A stretch of 63,758 bases of DNA, filler included, from Thraustochytrium aureum (Eukaryota), in NCBI GenBank assembly GCA_012862495.1. It is 7 parts of 6 records of this genome, joined end to end, with 100 filler letters (N's around TTAATTAATTAA, not from the genome) between each part and the next. Parts side by side here need not be neighbours in the genome. Positions count along the whole stretch, not along the records: positions 12,824 to 37,328 come from BLSG01000029.1; 6 more parts are not named here. One strand, written 5' to 3'. How positions within the stretch are numbered: the first letter of the stretch is position 1; the number at the start of each line of letters is the position of its first letter. The notes under the pieces are model-generated. The model was not told the DNA's origin. It did no database searches and saw only the letters and a list, made by a program, of their open reading frames with translations. This document shows, piece by piece, positions 21,616-35,100 of this stretch. Both the position numbers and the translations under genes were made by a program.

Positions 21616-24600
21616 TCAACTGAGCTGCTCGTCCCCGTTCAAAGCGTTGATCAGCGTTGGCGACAAAGGGGAGTGTTCGCGTCGCGCTTTGCGGAGCTGG
21701 CGCCGGAATTTGATAGAGCCCGCCGCATACTTGTTCGGCATCGGAGCGAAGTTGACCACTTTCTCCCAGGGCACCTCGTCAAACAAGTTGGCTTGCTCGC
21801 TTGCCACGCGCGCAGCCTCGCGACTCGCAGCCCGGCGTGCCTCTTGGTCCCGTTGCTCGCGCACCTTTGCGACGACAGGATCGTGATCAAACTCCAGCGC
21901 ATCTGGGATACTGAAGGTGGAGGAGGCGACAGACTCGATCTCGCATGGCGGGCGAGGAACTGTCTGCCGAGCTGATGTGGGCCGGGGTCTCACAGCACGT
22001 TCAAACTCTCGGCGGCGCTCTCGAATAACCCGCTCGCGCGCTTGCTCCAATTTCTCATCGTTCTTCTTGCGCGCGTCTGCGCGGCGCTTTTCCTCTGCGC
22101 GCCGACGCTCTTCAAGCATGGCAGCCTGCAACTCTTGCAAGCGCGTTTCCTCGCGATACCATTGCGCGTGCAGCTTTGCCGTCTCTTGGGCCTCACGCTC
22201 TTCTTTCTCGTGTGCGCGGCGCGCCGCCTCGGCGCGGCTCCTCCGCAATTGGCCCCGTGCATGCTCCCGCTCTGCCTGGTAGCGAAGGTGACGGTCTTGC
22301 TGCAAGCGCAGCTCCTCCTCCCGAGCCCGGCGCTCGAGCTCGGTGCGTTGGTTGATTCGCTCTTGGTTGTGCTTGAAGAGTGACTGATCGAGCTTGGCAT
22401 CCCGCGGCAGGTTTCGAGCTGGCCTGAAGCCGGCATGAGTCACAGTGCGGCGGAGGGTGACAACGACAGAATGTCCCGCTACAAGTTTTGCTTGTTGTCG
22501 GACCGGTCGTGGACGTCCTTGCCCTGCGCACCGCAGGTAGCGCTCGCACGCTCGCCACAGCCGAATTATGTTCTTCTCCGAAGCCTCCACGCGTAAGAAC
22601 TTGACTGCTCGAATGAGCTTGTACCGCTCAATGCGAAACTCGTGAGCGATGCCCGGCACAACTGGTGGGGCCTTTTCAAGCAAAAGACGGGCGGCATCGG
22701 TGCGCTTTCGTTGGTTCCACATGCTTGCCACCTCCGACATTGCCTTTGCTAGATCCTCGACCGGGTCGACGCGAGACGGAGGCGGCTTTGGGCGCCTGCC
22801 AGCGCCGCTTGAACCGACGTGTTTCTTTCCTGGCGGCGAGACGCGCTGCAGGAATATAGGCTCGTCCTTTTTTGCTGGGAGGGCACGGTCGTCAGTGCCA
22901 AGATGCGACGGGAATGTGCCTTCGCTGAACTCCAAACGGGAAAACATCTCAGCGAGCGCGTCCGTGCTCAGCAGCAACGCGTCTTGCGCATCGCCCAGGT
23001 CGTAGATCGCTCGAAAACGCCCTCCGGTAGCCTTATCCAGCGCTTCGAAGCGCAAGTTTCCGAAGTCCCGTGCACTTCGCACATTTATGACGGTCAGCTC
23101 AACGGAGCGGCCTTGGATGCCAATCAGGCCGGCGTAAAGCTCCACGTCGTTAAAAAAACTTTGCGTTGTCCCTCCAGCGCGAAGCTGATAGCTCTGGAAT
23201 CGGACAAACGACCGAAGCTGCTCCCAGGTGGCAGTCGCTTGCGGCATCGAGACAAGGTTGGCAAGAGCCGCGACAATCGGGTCCGCGAGGAGCTGACGCA
23301 ACGGCAAAGCTCGCTGCCCAGTCGAAGTGCGCTTGGAAACTTGATCAGGCCCGCCTGCCGCGAGTAGTTCGTGGTATCGAAGGTACAGCCGCTGCATTCG
23401 CTTGCCCTGCACCCAGCTCAACTCAGCCTGCTTTTCCTTGATCTTGTTTGCAAGGCAGCTGGCCTGGTGGACCTGGAAGGCCAGAGCGGCCTCCCCAGAC
23501 CCGCTCGGGTCGACGGGCATGCGAAGAGTTAGCCCACTGCCTTCGGGGCCGAGGGCAGAACACGCCTCGGACAAGTGCTTTGCCAGAAACTTGACGTAGG
23601 CGCTGTCTGTGAGTTGCTCTTCGCTTGTGCATGTGTCCGCGTATTGAGCTCGAAACGCGTCCGGGACATGGTAGAAATAGTACCCGTTTCGTTCCAGGAA
23701 GAGGCCAGGCCAGTCGATTGCCTGCACAAGTCTTGCTTGGCGCTGGCTGTTTCCAGCCACGAGGCACTCGAGCAGCTCGCGAGCGCCGCTTTCGTCCTCG
23801 GTTTACCGCTCTCCAAGAGGTAGGCGATTGCGCGGTATCCGCGGAGCCCAAGAGCCCCGCTTACTTTTTCACGAACGAACTCGCACGCCCCAGCAAGCCT
23901 CGCCAGAGCCTGAACTCTCCTAAAGCTTGAATGGCAGCACACTGCGTGAACAAGCTGGGAAATGGTCGAGTCAATGCTGTCAAATGCTGGAGAGCCGACT
24001 GGTTCACCGTCAACCGCAGCAGGCTCGAGAGCCTTCTGAACGGACTCGGATCTCTCTGCGGCCGCGTGGGCGGTGCGCAAACGTTTCCCGATCTGGTCAA
24101 GCTCGTTGGCGTCTAGCAAAGCGACTTGAACCTGTATCTCGCCCACCGCGATTCCGTCATTATCGCGAAAGGCGTGCCAACCGTTTTTTTGCGAGCAAAC
24201 GAATCGTCCAGCGGGATGCAGGATCCGCCCAGAAAGGAGTCGTACACCTCGTCAGCCAGCCACAGCTCCAGGCGCACTTGGGGGTCGGCCGAGAGCAAAC
24301 ACGGAAGCACGATCCGGCCTGCGGTGACCACAGCGTTCGCCTTGGAGACCTCACCGGACTCGGACTTTACCCAGCTGTCCGCGTCACAGCTACCCTCTTG
24401 GTAGACATTGACTCGTATGTAAACGGTTGCCGAATCAGCTACCTGGAGATTGCGAGCTTTGCCGAGGAGGACCTCCACTGGGCGCAGTGCGTCGGATTCG
24501 CGTCCGTCGTCGTCCTCGTTTGCAAAAGCCTCTCCTCATAAAACTCGTTCTGCTCGCCCTCGAAAGAAAGCTGCTCATCCTCATTGCTTAGCTCGCTTGG

Positions 24601-25233
24601 AAAATCGGACTCTCTCCCGTTTCTTTCACTGTTACCGACCCTGCTGTCTGGTTGCGCGTCTGTTCCTTTGGACTCTTCCTCGAGTTGGTTGAGCCCAGTC
24701 ATTTGGCCGTGTGAACCAGGCGTGCGTTCCGCAGCGCCGTGTCTCTCTTGCGCCTCTTTGGTGCGACTGGGGTCCCACGAGAGGAATGCGCACGCGAGCT
24801 CGTCGCTGCCGTGCACCACCATGACATTGTCCTGCGAGTCGGTTGCCACAAACGCAATATCGCGCAAAAGCGCCCCTGCGCCATCATCGTGGAATGTCCA
24901 CACAAGCTGGCCGTACTGTGCTTCGACAACGTACGCTGCGCTGGTGCCCAGGTCGGCGATGACGACGTGCCCGTTGCTGTCCGGACAAATGTCAACGGGA
25001 TGCCCGATCTCCTTCTCTGCGATACACTTCCAGCCCTGTGCCGCAGAGTCGCCTCCGCTATACACGAGCGCACCTGGGCGCGCAGGATCAATGACAAATA
25101 TCTGACCTGTTGAGGCCAAAGCGACCCGGGATTTTCCAGGGGTCAGCGGAAACTTGGGTTGAATCGAAACTGTGGACTTGCCGGTTGCGGCCGCGAGGAG
25201 TTTGATTTCGTCATCAAAGGCGACGCAGAGCAC
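21616..25233 (-). CDS. Large multidomain hypothetical protein (NHL/beta-propeller-like, C2-like, helical and coiled-coil regions), 5' partial, split over four overlapping frames
   Basis: Overlapping minus-strand ORFs: 24439-25233 (PVDICPDSNGHVVIAD, VATDSQDNVMV; NHL-like), 24113-24478 (VLLGKARNL..VRLELW..DSFLGG..IPL; C2-like), 23529-24146 and 21616-23760. A single-gene model is inferred. Confidence 0.55.
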
Positions 25234-26067
25234 NNNNNNNNNNNNNNNNNNNNNNNNNNNNNNNNNNNNNNNNNNNNNNNNNNNNNNNNNNNNNNNNNNN
25301 NNNNNNNNNNNNNNNNNNNNNNNNNNNNNNNNNNNNNNNNNNNNNNNNNNNNNNNNNNNNNNNNNNNNNNNNNNNNNNNNNNNNNNNNNNNNNNNNNNNN
25401 NNNNNNNNNNNNNNNNNNNNNNNNNNNNNNNNNNNNNNNNNNNNNNNNNNNNNNNNNNNNNNNNNNNNNNNNNNNNNNNNNNNNNNNNNNNNNNNNNNNN
25501 NNNNNNNNNNNNNNNNNNNNNNNNNNNNNNNNNNNNNNNNNNNNNNNNNNNNNNNNNNNNNNNNNNNNNNNNNNNNNNNNNNNNNNNNNNNNNNNNNNNN
25601 NNNNNNNNNNNNNNNNNNNNNNNNNNNNNNNNNNNNNNNNNNNNNNNNNNNNNNNNNNNNNNNNNNNNNNNNNNNNNNNNNNNNNNNNNNNNNNNNNNNN
25701 NNNNNNNNNNNNNNNNNNNNNNNNNNNNNNNNNNNNNNNNNNNNNNNNNNNNNNNNNNNNNNNNNNNNNNNNNNNNNNNNNNNNNNNNNNNNNNNNNNNN
25801 NNNNNNNNNNNNNNNNNNNNNNNNNNNNNNNNNNNNNNNNNNNNNNNNNNNNNNNNNNNNNNNNNNNNNNNNNNNNNNNNNNNNNNNNNNNNNNNNNNNN
25901 NNNNNNNNNNNNAGCCTTTGGTTCGAGCTGCGCCGCTCAAGCGCATCTCAACAAGCAGATCCCGAACGCAAAGGCAACGCCCACGACGCTGGCCGAATAC
26001 CGAAGGCCGTCGAAAGCCCTGGCTGGCATCATTAGCTTGTTGCAAGTCGACCAGACCTACCCCAATC

Positions 26068-29000
26068 ATGCTTTCCGGAGGCGCGACCGATTTCGGCGCT
26101 GGTCCCGAGACGGCCACACCGGGCAAAGCCTTGGTAGAAAGCATAACCCGCGGCGCCATGAGCGCGCTGCTCGAGTTTAAAGAGCTCCAGGGAGCCCAAG
26201 GCGGGCGCTTCTTTTTCGGCTCAACTGTGGTGATGGCTCTCCAAATGCTCTACTTGCCTTTCTCGTGGCAAGCCGGGTTCCCGTGGCCAAGCGGGTTCCA
26301 CGCAACGATGGAGAGCATTCTCGGCGTTTTCAGCTTTGGGTTGGCAGAGACCTCGGACGAAACGACGCTCCTTTTGCTCATCTGCGCCTCCTGCGGCGTC
26401 GCCATCATACAAGCGGGAGCCTTTGCGGTGTTCGCTTGGCGTCTGGTCGCGCCAAACAGCGCTCCGGGCACAACCGCTGTGATGGGACGGCGAGCGCTAG
26501 CGACACCTCTCATGATGATGATGCGCGTCAACCAGACCATTCTCCTTGTTCCAGCCGTCGGCCTACTGAGCCGGGGCTCGCGCGGGTCTGGCATGAGCAT
26601 TCTGCCAGACGTCGTGGCCTCGATTATCTCGGTCGCATGCGCCGCTTTGCTGGCTGTTCACGTCCGCTTCTCTGTGCCTTTGCTCTTTGCGTGTTCGAGC
26701 ACCTGCCTATCGGACCAAAGGGCTACGATTCGACCCTGTACGCCGCGGCGCACGGGCGCGTGGAGTGCGCGGCGGTGTTGGTGCGCTCCTGCACAGTCTC
26801 GCTTTGGGTCGCGCTTGGGTCCTCGCGCAACGAAAACGTGGCGCCAAACTCTCAGAGCGCCCTTGCTGCAGTTGGAGTTCTCAGCGGTGTGGCGTTGGTG
26901 GGGATGTACATGCACTGGCTCCCGTGGTTCAACGCCAGGTGGAACCGAACCGCCGTCGCGGCCAACTCAGTCTTCCTGTGGGGCTCGGTGTGCGCAGTGG
27001 TTGCCCAGGTAATTGGGAACGGCGAAGATCAAAGCGCCTTCGTCCTGTTTGTGACCACCACCGTCCTCTGCGTCATATCGGCGGTTTCGCTCACGCAAGC
27101 GCGGATGGGCTACCTCCACGACGCTGAGCCCGCAAAGCTGGCAAGCAGCCCGGTCCTGTTGGAGGTGCATCTACGTCTGCGGCATCTCACAAAAGGTGAA
27201 GCAACACGCTCGGCTGCAGTTCGCGGACGATGTGGAGGCCGAGTACCGGGCTGCCGCAGAATTGGTCCCTTCTTCCGCATTTGTCAACCTTATGGTGGCA
27301 GGGCTCGTTCTGCGCTGCTCGAAAAAGATGATATACTCGCTCAACCTTCTACGTCAAGCGCGGCAATCGACCATGGCAGCCGACTCGAGTTTCTTCTGTT
27401 CTACCACAACAAGAAGATGCGGGAAAACTGCTCCGACTCGGCAAGCGAGGTGAGCTTCCTGGAGGCAGACGCCCTCATTGCGCAGGCAAGGCAGTCGCTT
27501 GCGCAAACTCTCAAGCACACCAGCGGGTTTTGGCGGCACGTTTCGCGATGCTCGTTCACTACAAGCGACCTGCTCGACGTCGGGAGCAAGGTTCACAACT
27601 CTGCGCTCGAGGTGCGACGGGCGCTAGAGCGCCTGAGCAAGCTCAAGGTGAGAAGCAAAGAGGCGATTCAGCTCCACGCCATGTACTTTCAGTTCGTGAT
27701 GAACGACCGGGACACGGCTTTCCGAGTGCTCAACAAGGCTCGAGGAGCAGGAACGGGCCCAGACAACGCGTCTTCCGCGGCGGTTTGCACTATCAGCGGA
27801 GACAAGGCCAACCTGGGACAAATCCTGGAGCTCTCCAAAGGGTTGATCGAAATGTTTGGCCACTCTCGCACCGATCTTATTGGACAAAACATCAAAGTCC
27901 TGTGCCCCGCGCCATTCCAAGCTGTGCACGATCTGTTCCTGCAGCAGTTTATGGCGATGGACAACGACTTTGTTTCCACCGCGCGGCGCGTCTTTGGTCT
28001 CAACCAAGCAGGCCACATCATGGTGTTGGACCTCGAAATCACCCCGAGCATAAGCACCAGGGGCGAGCTCATCCTCGCTGCGCGGTTCACGCGCGTCCCT
28101 CAGGGCGACACGAGCACGCTTTTGCTCGTCGACGGGAAGAGCGGCTGCGTGACGGGTATGAGCGAGCACGGCCCAGCTCTGCTAGGCGTCGACGAGCACG
28201 ACTTGTACACGATGAACGTCAAGATAAACGATGTCGTGCCGAAATTCTACGACCTAAAGGGCAACGAGGAGCACGCAGACGTGGAGGTCGCAACCGTGAG
28301 CGGGTCCAAGTACAAGCTTCGGTCGCGAACGGTTCAGTACGCGTCCAAGCCAGAGTCGCCCGTCCACTTTGACGTTTCTGTGATTCTCGTCTGGCTCACG
28401 TCGCAAGAGAGCAGCCTGAGCATCGAGGAGCAGATGCTTCGTCTCAGGGCCTTGGAGGAAGAGGAAGAAGGAGATCGCCAAGGGGTTGGCGAGGACGTAA
28501 GCAGCGGGGACGAAAACAGCGACGTTGGCTCCACCTCCGTGGCCGGCGACGAAGACGAGGCTGGTGTGGTGGTGGTGGACGAGCCTGCGGCCGGGGAAGG
28601 ATCCCAGTCGCTTTCTAGCTTGGGGAAGAATGTCCAAAAGTTTGCCGCTCCATCGCCAGCCTCGCCAACCGCTCGAAACAAAAAGGCCGGTCCTCCGCCG
28701 ATTCTGAGGAAGTCGAGCAGCAAAATGCGAGGCCAAGCTCGCGGGTTCCAGCAAGTAGCAGAACCAGATCGACGCTCCGTCGGATCGCGGTCCAAGAGGT
28801 CCACAGGCAAGTCCACTGGGTTTGGGATCTCAGAGTCGAATACAGGTAGTGTGACCTCCGAGACCAGGCTGAACGTGGATGACTTGGACATCCGTACCAT
28901 TCAGAAAAAGATCTCTCGCAACATGCGCAAGCGCGACCCAAAGCTCGCTACGTTCTCGCGCTTTGGCAAACGGTTCATACTCTTCTTCTTCGTGTTTGTG

Positions 29001-30917
29001 GTGGTGCACTCAATCTTGATCGTCAACATGTACGCTGCGTTTGAGGAGCAGATACTGCAGGTGGAGCTCTCGCAGTTTGTGGCGCATGGGATCAGTCTCT
29101 TGGCCGTGACACTGCTTTACACGCACCGAGCCGGCATCGAGGTGAATGGCACTGTATACACGGGGCTTCCGTTCGATTCCACCGCGGTCTTTGGAACGAC
29201 GCTCAGCCATCTCAAGGACCTTCACTCGCAAACGACCGCATTCGCGGGGAGCCAAAGCAGAACCAGCGCGCTGCAAGCGCAGTTCCACGTCCCAGACCTC
29301 GAGGTGACCACAGATGGGAGATCGTTCTCAAACGTGAGCTTCATGGTCGCGGTGCTGGAGCTCGTTGGCCATGCGGAAAGCTACCGCGACGAGGACGGAG
29401 GTCGGTGCCTCGAGTCGTGTCACTGGATCTTGAATAACGCGATGTTTGGCGTTTTGGACAGGGCTTTCGAGATCACCGAAGGGTTTATCGTCGACGCCGA
29501 TGGCGTTTTGGAAGACCTGCACGGATTGGATGCCATTGTGCTGTGGGTTGTCGTCGGCATCCTCGTGGTGTCGTTCGCGGCTGGGTACCTGCCCATGTTT
29601 ATCAACAACGAGCGACGCCGAGTCCAGGTGGGGCAAGCCTTTCTTGCCATCCCGGAGCGTATCGGCAAGACCCTCCCACCAGCGCGCGGAGCGCCGCCTT
29701 TCTTTGGTGCTCAACACAAGAGCGGACTGGTTTAGCTTGGAGCGCGACGAGCTCGAGTTCGACGAAGACCAGGAGAACGAAGAGCTCGCCGATTTCGCTC
29801 AAATGGGGTGGATGAATCTGGGTTGGAAAGGCGTGCGACGCGGAATGCGCGCTGGTCGCTGGCACGACCATCGCTTAGCATGCTATCTGCGTCTTTTCGG
29901 AAATCTACCACAAAGGTGGATCCCGTCGGGGAGCGGCGGAGGACCTCCAATTCACAAGGCAAGGGTGCCGGCGATGGCCAAAAACCGCGAGATCTCGCTG
30001 CAAAGGGCAAGCGCGAAATAAAGCGCGAGATAAAGCGCGAGCCCATTCTCTTTCGCGTTGTGCTATTTCTCTTCAGCGTCTTGCGCGTGGGGATAACGTT
30101 TTGGCTCGTTCTTGGCTTCTTTATGGCTATGAGGATCCTCAACTCGGGGCACGAGGCATTAGCTCGGGAGCTCAGCGCTTCGGTGCAGCTCGCAGGAGAA
30201 ATTCATGTCAAGTTTTCGTCAGCTGTCTTCTGGGCTGCGCTCCCCATGGAGCCGCTTCCCTGGGAGCGCCAAGGGGCGAAAGGCGAAAGCATGGATCGCC
30301 TGGGTGCGATGCTTGGTGAGCTGAGAAGTGTCGATGACGCGCTCAAATACGGAAGTGAGGCTTATGGTGTCCCTGGATTTCGCGAGACGGAAGGGCCGCA
30401 CTTTGAGCTCTTTTTCGAGAACGCTTGCGAGGCGGCCTGTCAAGCGTTTCTCAGCGCGCTCACCGAGAACTCGACACTGTCGAGTACCAAGGCACAAGAC
30501 TTGAAGCACGGGCTGGTGCTGTCGCTCGATCGGGAGCTCGGCTTGCTGGAAGCAATACACGAGGCCGGCAAAGCTGCGCTCGACGGCGAGGGCAATAGCA
30601 GCTTGAACGAGCAACTCGCTGCAGCCAAGCTCAAGATCAAAGACTTGGAGCCGGAGCTTTTGATTGCGGACCGGCTGGATGACTCGCTTGCGTTTTACGT
30701 TGCCTCACTTCGCGAGCTCTTGCGCACGATTCAGATGGAGAAGATCGTGGGCTCCTCGATTTTTGTTGCGTGCCTGTTCATCGGCTATTTGCTTTCAGTG
30801 CGGACTTTCAACTTGATGGACTCGGAGCTGAAGCGCAGCCAGACGCTGCTGCTCGTCCTCCCAGAGCAGGTTTTCCACAACGTCCCTGCCATCCTCAGCC
30901 TGCTCAACAGCGGCTAG
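26068..30917 (+). CDS. TmcB/TmcC-like (tiny macrocysts) multi-pass membrane protein with PAS domain; several frameshifts
   Basis: N-terminal TM bundle (HGRVE, WLPWFN), a helical region (FWRHV..AMYFQFVMND), a PAS domain (IEMFGHSRTDLIGQNIKVLCPAPFQAVHDLFLQQF), two later TM pairs and the ending LLLVLPEQV. Frame switches near 26695, 27195, 27385 and 29670. Confidence 0.8.
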
Positions 30918-32161
30918 CTCGAACGGGGCGCATTTCGCGCATGCCTCGCGGCTTGGACTTTTCCCGAAGCTGCACCATTCCGAGTACTGATAAACGCCGG
31001 AGCGCGCGCCTTTTGTCTCGCGTGACCAACTGGAACTTGCGCAACGGTATTCTTGAACGACCTCCACAGCGCGATGTTGGTGCGATGACTCTTTTTTCCT
31101 TTGCCTCTCCACACTTGCTCGACATCGACCTCCTTCATCAGGCGAGTAGAGGAGTAGATACCGTAGAGTACCGGTATTTAGCCAATAGTGTGCATTGCTG
31201 CACTAACCGCCTCCTTTCTGGCCCGCGAGGAGAAGAAAGTTGGCTGCCCGGACAGCCAGCCAGCCAGTGAAGGTGCGGTCGGCGTACCGGTACCGTTACG
31301 AAAGGTAGGATTTGTCCATGTAAAGCCAAACAAGAAAACCATGGAGACCTCCCGCACAATGGCCGCGCGCTGAACCATCACTAACTCCATCATGTGGTTG
31401 GGCTGTTACCGGTACCTACTCCACGCTACACGCTAAAAGACGCGAGTCTGCTCTCAAGGTGCGAGTGGGGCAGCAACTGGCAGCAACTCGCGCGGTTGGT
31501 ACCGTTTGCCTTCGAGCGCTCGAAGGTGCTGTGCTCAGGCTGCCGCACATCGCAAAGGCAAATCTCCTCTCACCAGGTAGTAACCGCCCTGGGCCGACGA
31601 AATCAATCTCCACGACAGGAAAAGGCAACAGCGATCTGCCCCGGAACGCGCTGCGTCGATGCCTGTCGAGCCTGCTACTTTCGGTGGTTTCTTGGCCTTT
31701 TTTGATGGATAGTTTGACGGATAGGCAGGCGGCCAACATAGCCCAGGCCTCCCAGGCTGAAGGCTGAGGACGAGAATGGACTGTTTGGCCTACTGATTTG
31801 TTTGGCCTACTCTAGCTCTCGCCAGAGCTCTTGATTGAGAGTACCCTAGAATACTGCGCCATCAATCCCGAGCGCCTCAAGAATTCGGCTTGGCGAGCAT
31901 CCGGCCCTCACAGCGAATGTCCATCGCCTCGAGGGCAAGCAACGGCCAGGCGGCATTCGGTTGGTGCAGTTTCGCGGCCAAGCCAGCTGCTTGGCGTGTC
32001 AAGGCACCAGAAAGCCAGCGGACATTGCACGAGCGCGCCAAAGCAGGCCAAGACCCCAAAAGCGTCGGCGAGAACGACGGTCGGAGCAAGCGAGCGAGCA
32101 CTGGCGGTGTGGCGGCGAGTGCCTCGGCGACGGTATCGCGGTGCAGAGCCCCGGTGGAGGA

Positions 32162-35100
32162 ATGTCAAAACCCGGTTTCCCTTCCGACGACAGCAATGGG
32201 TCCTCATCGTCTGCGGTCGAAGTCAAAGCGGGCAAGGCGAGGCGAAGACACCTCGTGGGCAAGTCACTGGGGCTTTTTTCCAAGGACAGCTCGATTCGCA
32301 TCCTCTGTTTACGCTTGATGGACTCGCCAGTCTTTTCGAAATGCGTCCTGCTCTTGATCATCGCGAACTGCGTATTTCTGGGGCTGGTCGAGCCATTTCC
32401 AACGTGCTGCTCGTCTGCGCAGCTCGCTGACGAGCAGTGGTTCAAAGCTTCTCCAAAGGACAGTCTGTATATCTGCGATTCCGACAACAAGCTCCTCGCC
32501 AGCACAACGCTAGATGACCTCGAAAAGCGCTGTTGCATCGACGCCGATTCGTTGGAAGACGATCCTTACAATCTGTGCGCCTCAGCGCAACTGCGCCAAG
32601 TTCAGGACAGCGCAGAGTTGTTCTTCACCATCATGTTCTCCATCGAGATGACAATCAAAGTAATCGCGTTTGGTTTGATCCTTGGGAAGGGCGCCTACCT
32701 TCGAGACAGCTGGAACGTACTTGACTTTGTCGTGGTCTGCGTCGGATGGCTCTCCTTCCTTCCAAGCATTGTCAACCTCTCTGTGCTCCGGACGTTCCGC
32801 GTGCTGCGCCCTCTCCGCACCCTCTCTTCGATCCCTGGCATGCGCCTCGTCGTGAGCGCAATCATCACCTGCATCAAGAACATGGTGCACGTTCTGATGT
32901 TCGCATCGTTCTTGTATACCGTGTTTGGAATCGTCGGCGTCCAGCTCTTTTCGGGGACGCTTCGCGGCCGCTGCCACTACGTCGATCCAACCGCCCAAGG
33001 CGACTTTGAGCATGCAAAGTACGGTGCCGTGGAGGCATTGTCCATGATGTCAATCCTCGAGTCGGACGAAACGCCTTGCGCTCTCCCTTGCAACCATGAC
33101 GTCGAAAACGGTGCGTTCAAGTGGTCTGCGTGGACGCGAACGACAGAAAACTGTCTCGAGCTGAGCGGCGGCAGTTGCGCGATGCGCGGGGCATCGATTC
33201 TCGAAAACCCTTTCTTTAATCTTTCGGCACCTTCGGACGCACGTGAACAGCAGACGGTCTCGCTCCCCAAAGCGCTGCTGGCTCAAGCAGCGCACGCCCG
33301 AGACGTACATTCCGAAAACGACAGCGAACTGTGGGACGGAATTAAGATTGACTCCGAGGCAGGCACGTTCACCCAGTTTTACAACCTGTCGAGCCCTTCC
33401 GTCAAGGTCATTTCGTTCTGTTTGGACATGGGAGAGAACCAGATCGGAGATGGATTCGCGAGTTTCGACCATATCGGCTACGCATGGCTCACGATTCTCA
33501 CAATGGGCTGGATCGACATCATCAATGGCATACAGGCGACGTTTGGGCACCCGACATTCGTGTTTCTCTACTTCTTTGCCATGACCCTGTCCTGCACGTT
33601 TTTGGTGCTTGAGCTAACGCTAACTGTAATTAGTGAGGCATACGATACAGCGGCAGAGGCGGAGAAAGAGCGCTTGCGCAACGCTGCCGAAAAGCTCGAG
33701 GCCGGCGAATCCGATGCCGAGACGATCCTAGGCACCAGCGACCAGACGCAAAGCAGTAGCGCTCAAGAGGCAGCTCCACTGATCACCGAGGCCGCGGAGC
33801 TCACGCCATGGGGCCCTGCTCCTGTGCGCGCAATCTTTCGCTTTGTCAACGGCTCAGCTTTCGTTGGGTTTGTGATTGTTTTGATTGTGCTCAACACGAT
33901 TACGCTTGCCATGGAGTCGCACGGTATGTCGGACGATATGGTCGCGTTTCTAGCCGCCACCAACGTCATCTTTACGCTGGCTTTCGCAACGGAGTTGGTC
34001 CTCAAGGTGGTTGGTCTTGGGTTGCGGCAGTATATGCGCGATCCGCTGAACGTGTTTGACTTTACCATTGTGGCCATCAGCATTGCAGAGCTCCTCCCTG
34101 GTTCAGGCGATGAGGGGGGAAGCGGACTCGGCGCACTCCGCAGCTTCCGGCTGCTGCGCGTGTTCAAGCTCGCACGGTCATGGAAAAACTTGCGCAAGCT
34201 GCTCCGGACAATTTTTCTGTCAATTCTCGACGTGGCCAACGCGGCGATTCTGTTGGTTATCGTCCTCTTTATCTTCACGCTCCTGGGGATGCAGCTTTTC
34301 GGGGGGCGCTGGAAACCGACGTACTTTTGCGAGGACCCAACCGACTACGAGGCGTGCCGGGTGGAGGCGCCGCGGCCGAACTTTGACACGTTCTGGTGGG
34401 GCTTTGCGACAATCTTCCAGACCCTCACAAGCGAAGTGTGGAACGAGGTCCTGTATGCCAGCAAAACGGTCCACGGCGAGCTTTCCTGGGTCTACTTTAT
34501 CAGCCTCTACCTCATCGGCACCTACATGATACTCAACTTGTTCCTCGTCGTCCTCCTGGCGCGTTTCGAAATCGCCGATGAAGACGACGAGCCCAAGAAA
34601 GCTCCGAACACGGTCGCACGAAACGCCAATAATGGCACCGGGGCCGCTGTGGCGCCCTTGCCCGCCGACCAAAGCGTTGCCCAGACAGGCACCAACGCGC
34701 CAGAGACCATTGGCGTTTCGTCCCAGCAAGGAGTGAGACCGGGATTCGCTCGACAGGGCATCTCCGCGCCTCCCAAATTCCGCCAGCAGGACCATGGCGA
34801 TCAGCAGGAGGTGGTCATCAACAACCCCAACAAGGTGACGATGAATCTGACGGCCAAGGCCTTCTTTCTCTTCCCTCCAGAAATGCCCCTGCGCCAAGCT
34901 GCGTTCAAGCTTGTCAGCAGCGCTTCGTTCGACAACTTTATCCTCGCTCTCATCGGAATCAGCACCGTTTTTCTTGCCATCGAGGAACCCTGGGTCGAGA
35001 AAACGTGCAAGCCGGCCGGCTCCGAGTGCGCCACGTTTTGGAACATTCTGTACGTCGGGGACATCATACTCAACGTTCTGTTCATCATCGAGCTAGCGCT

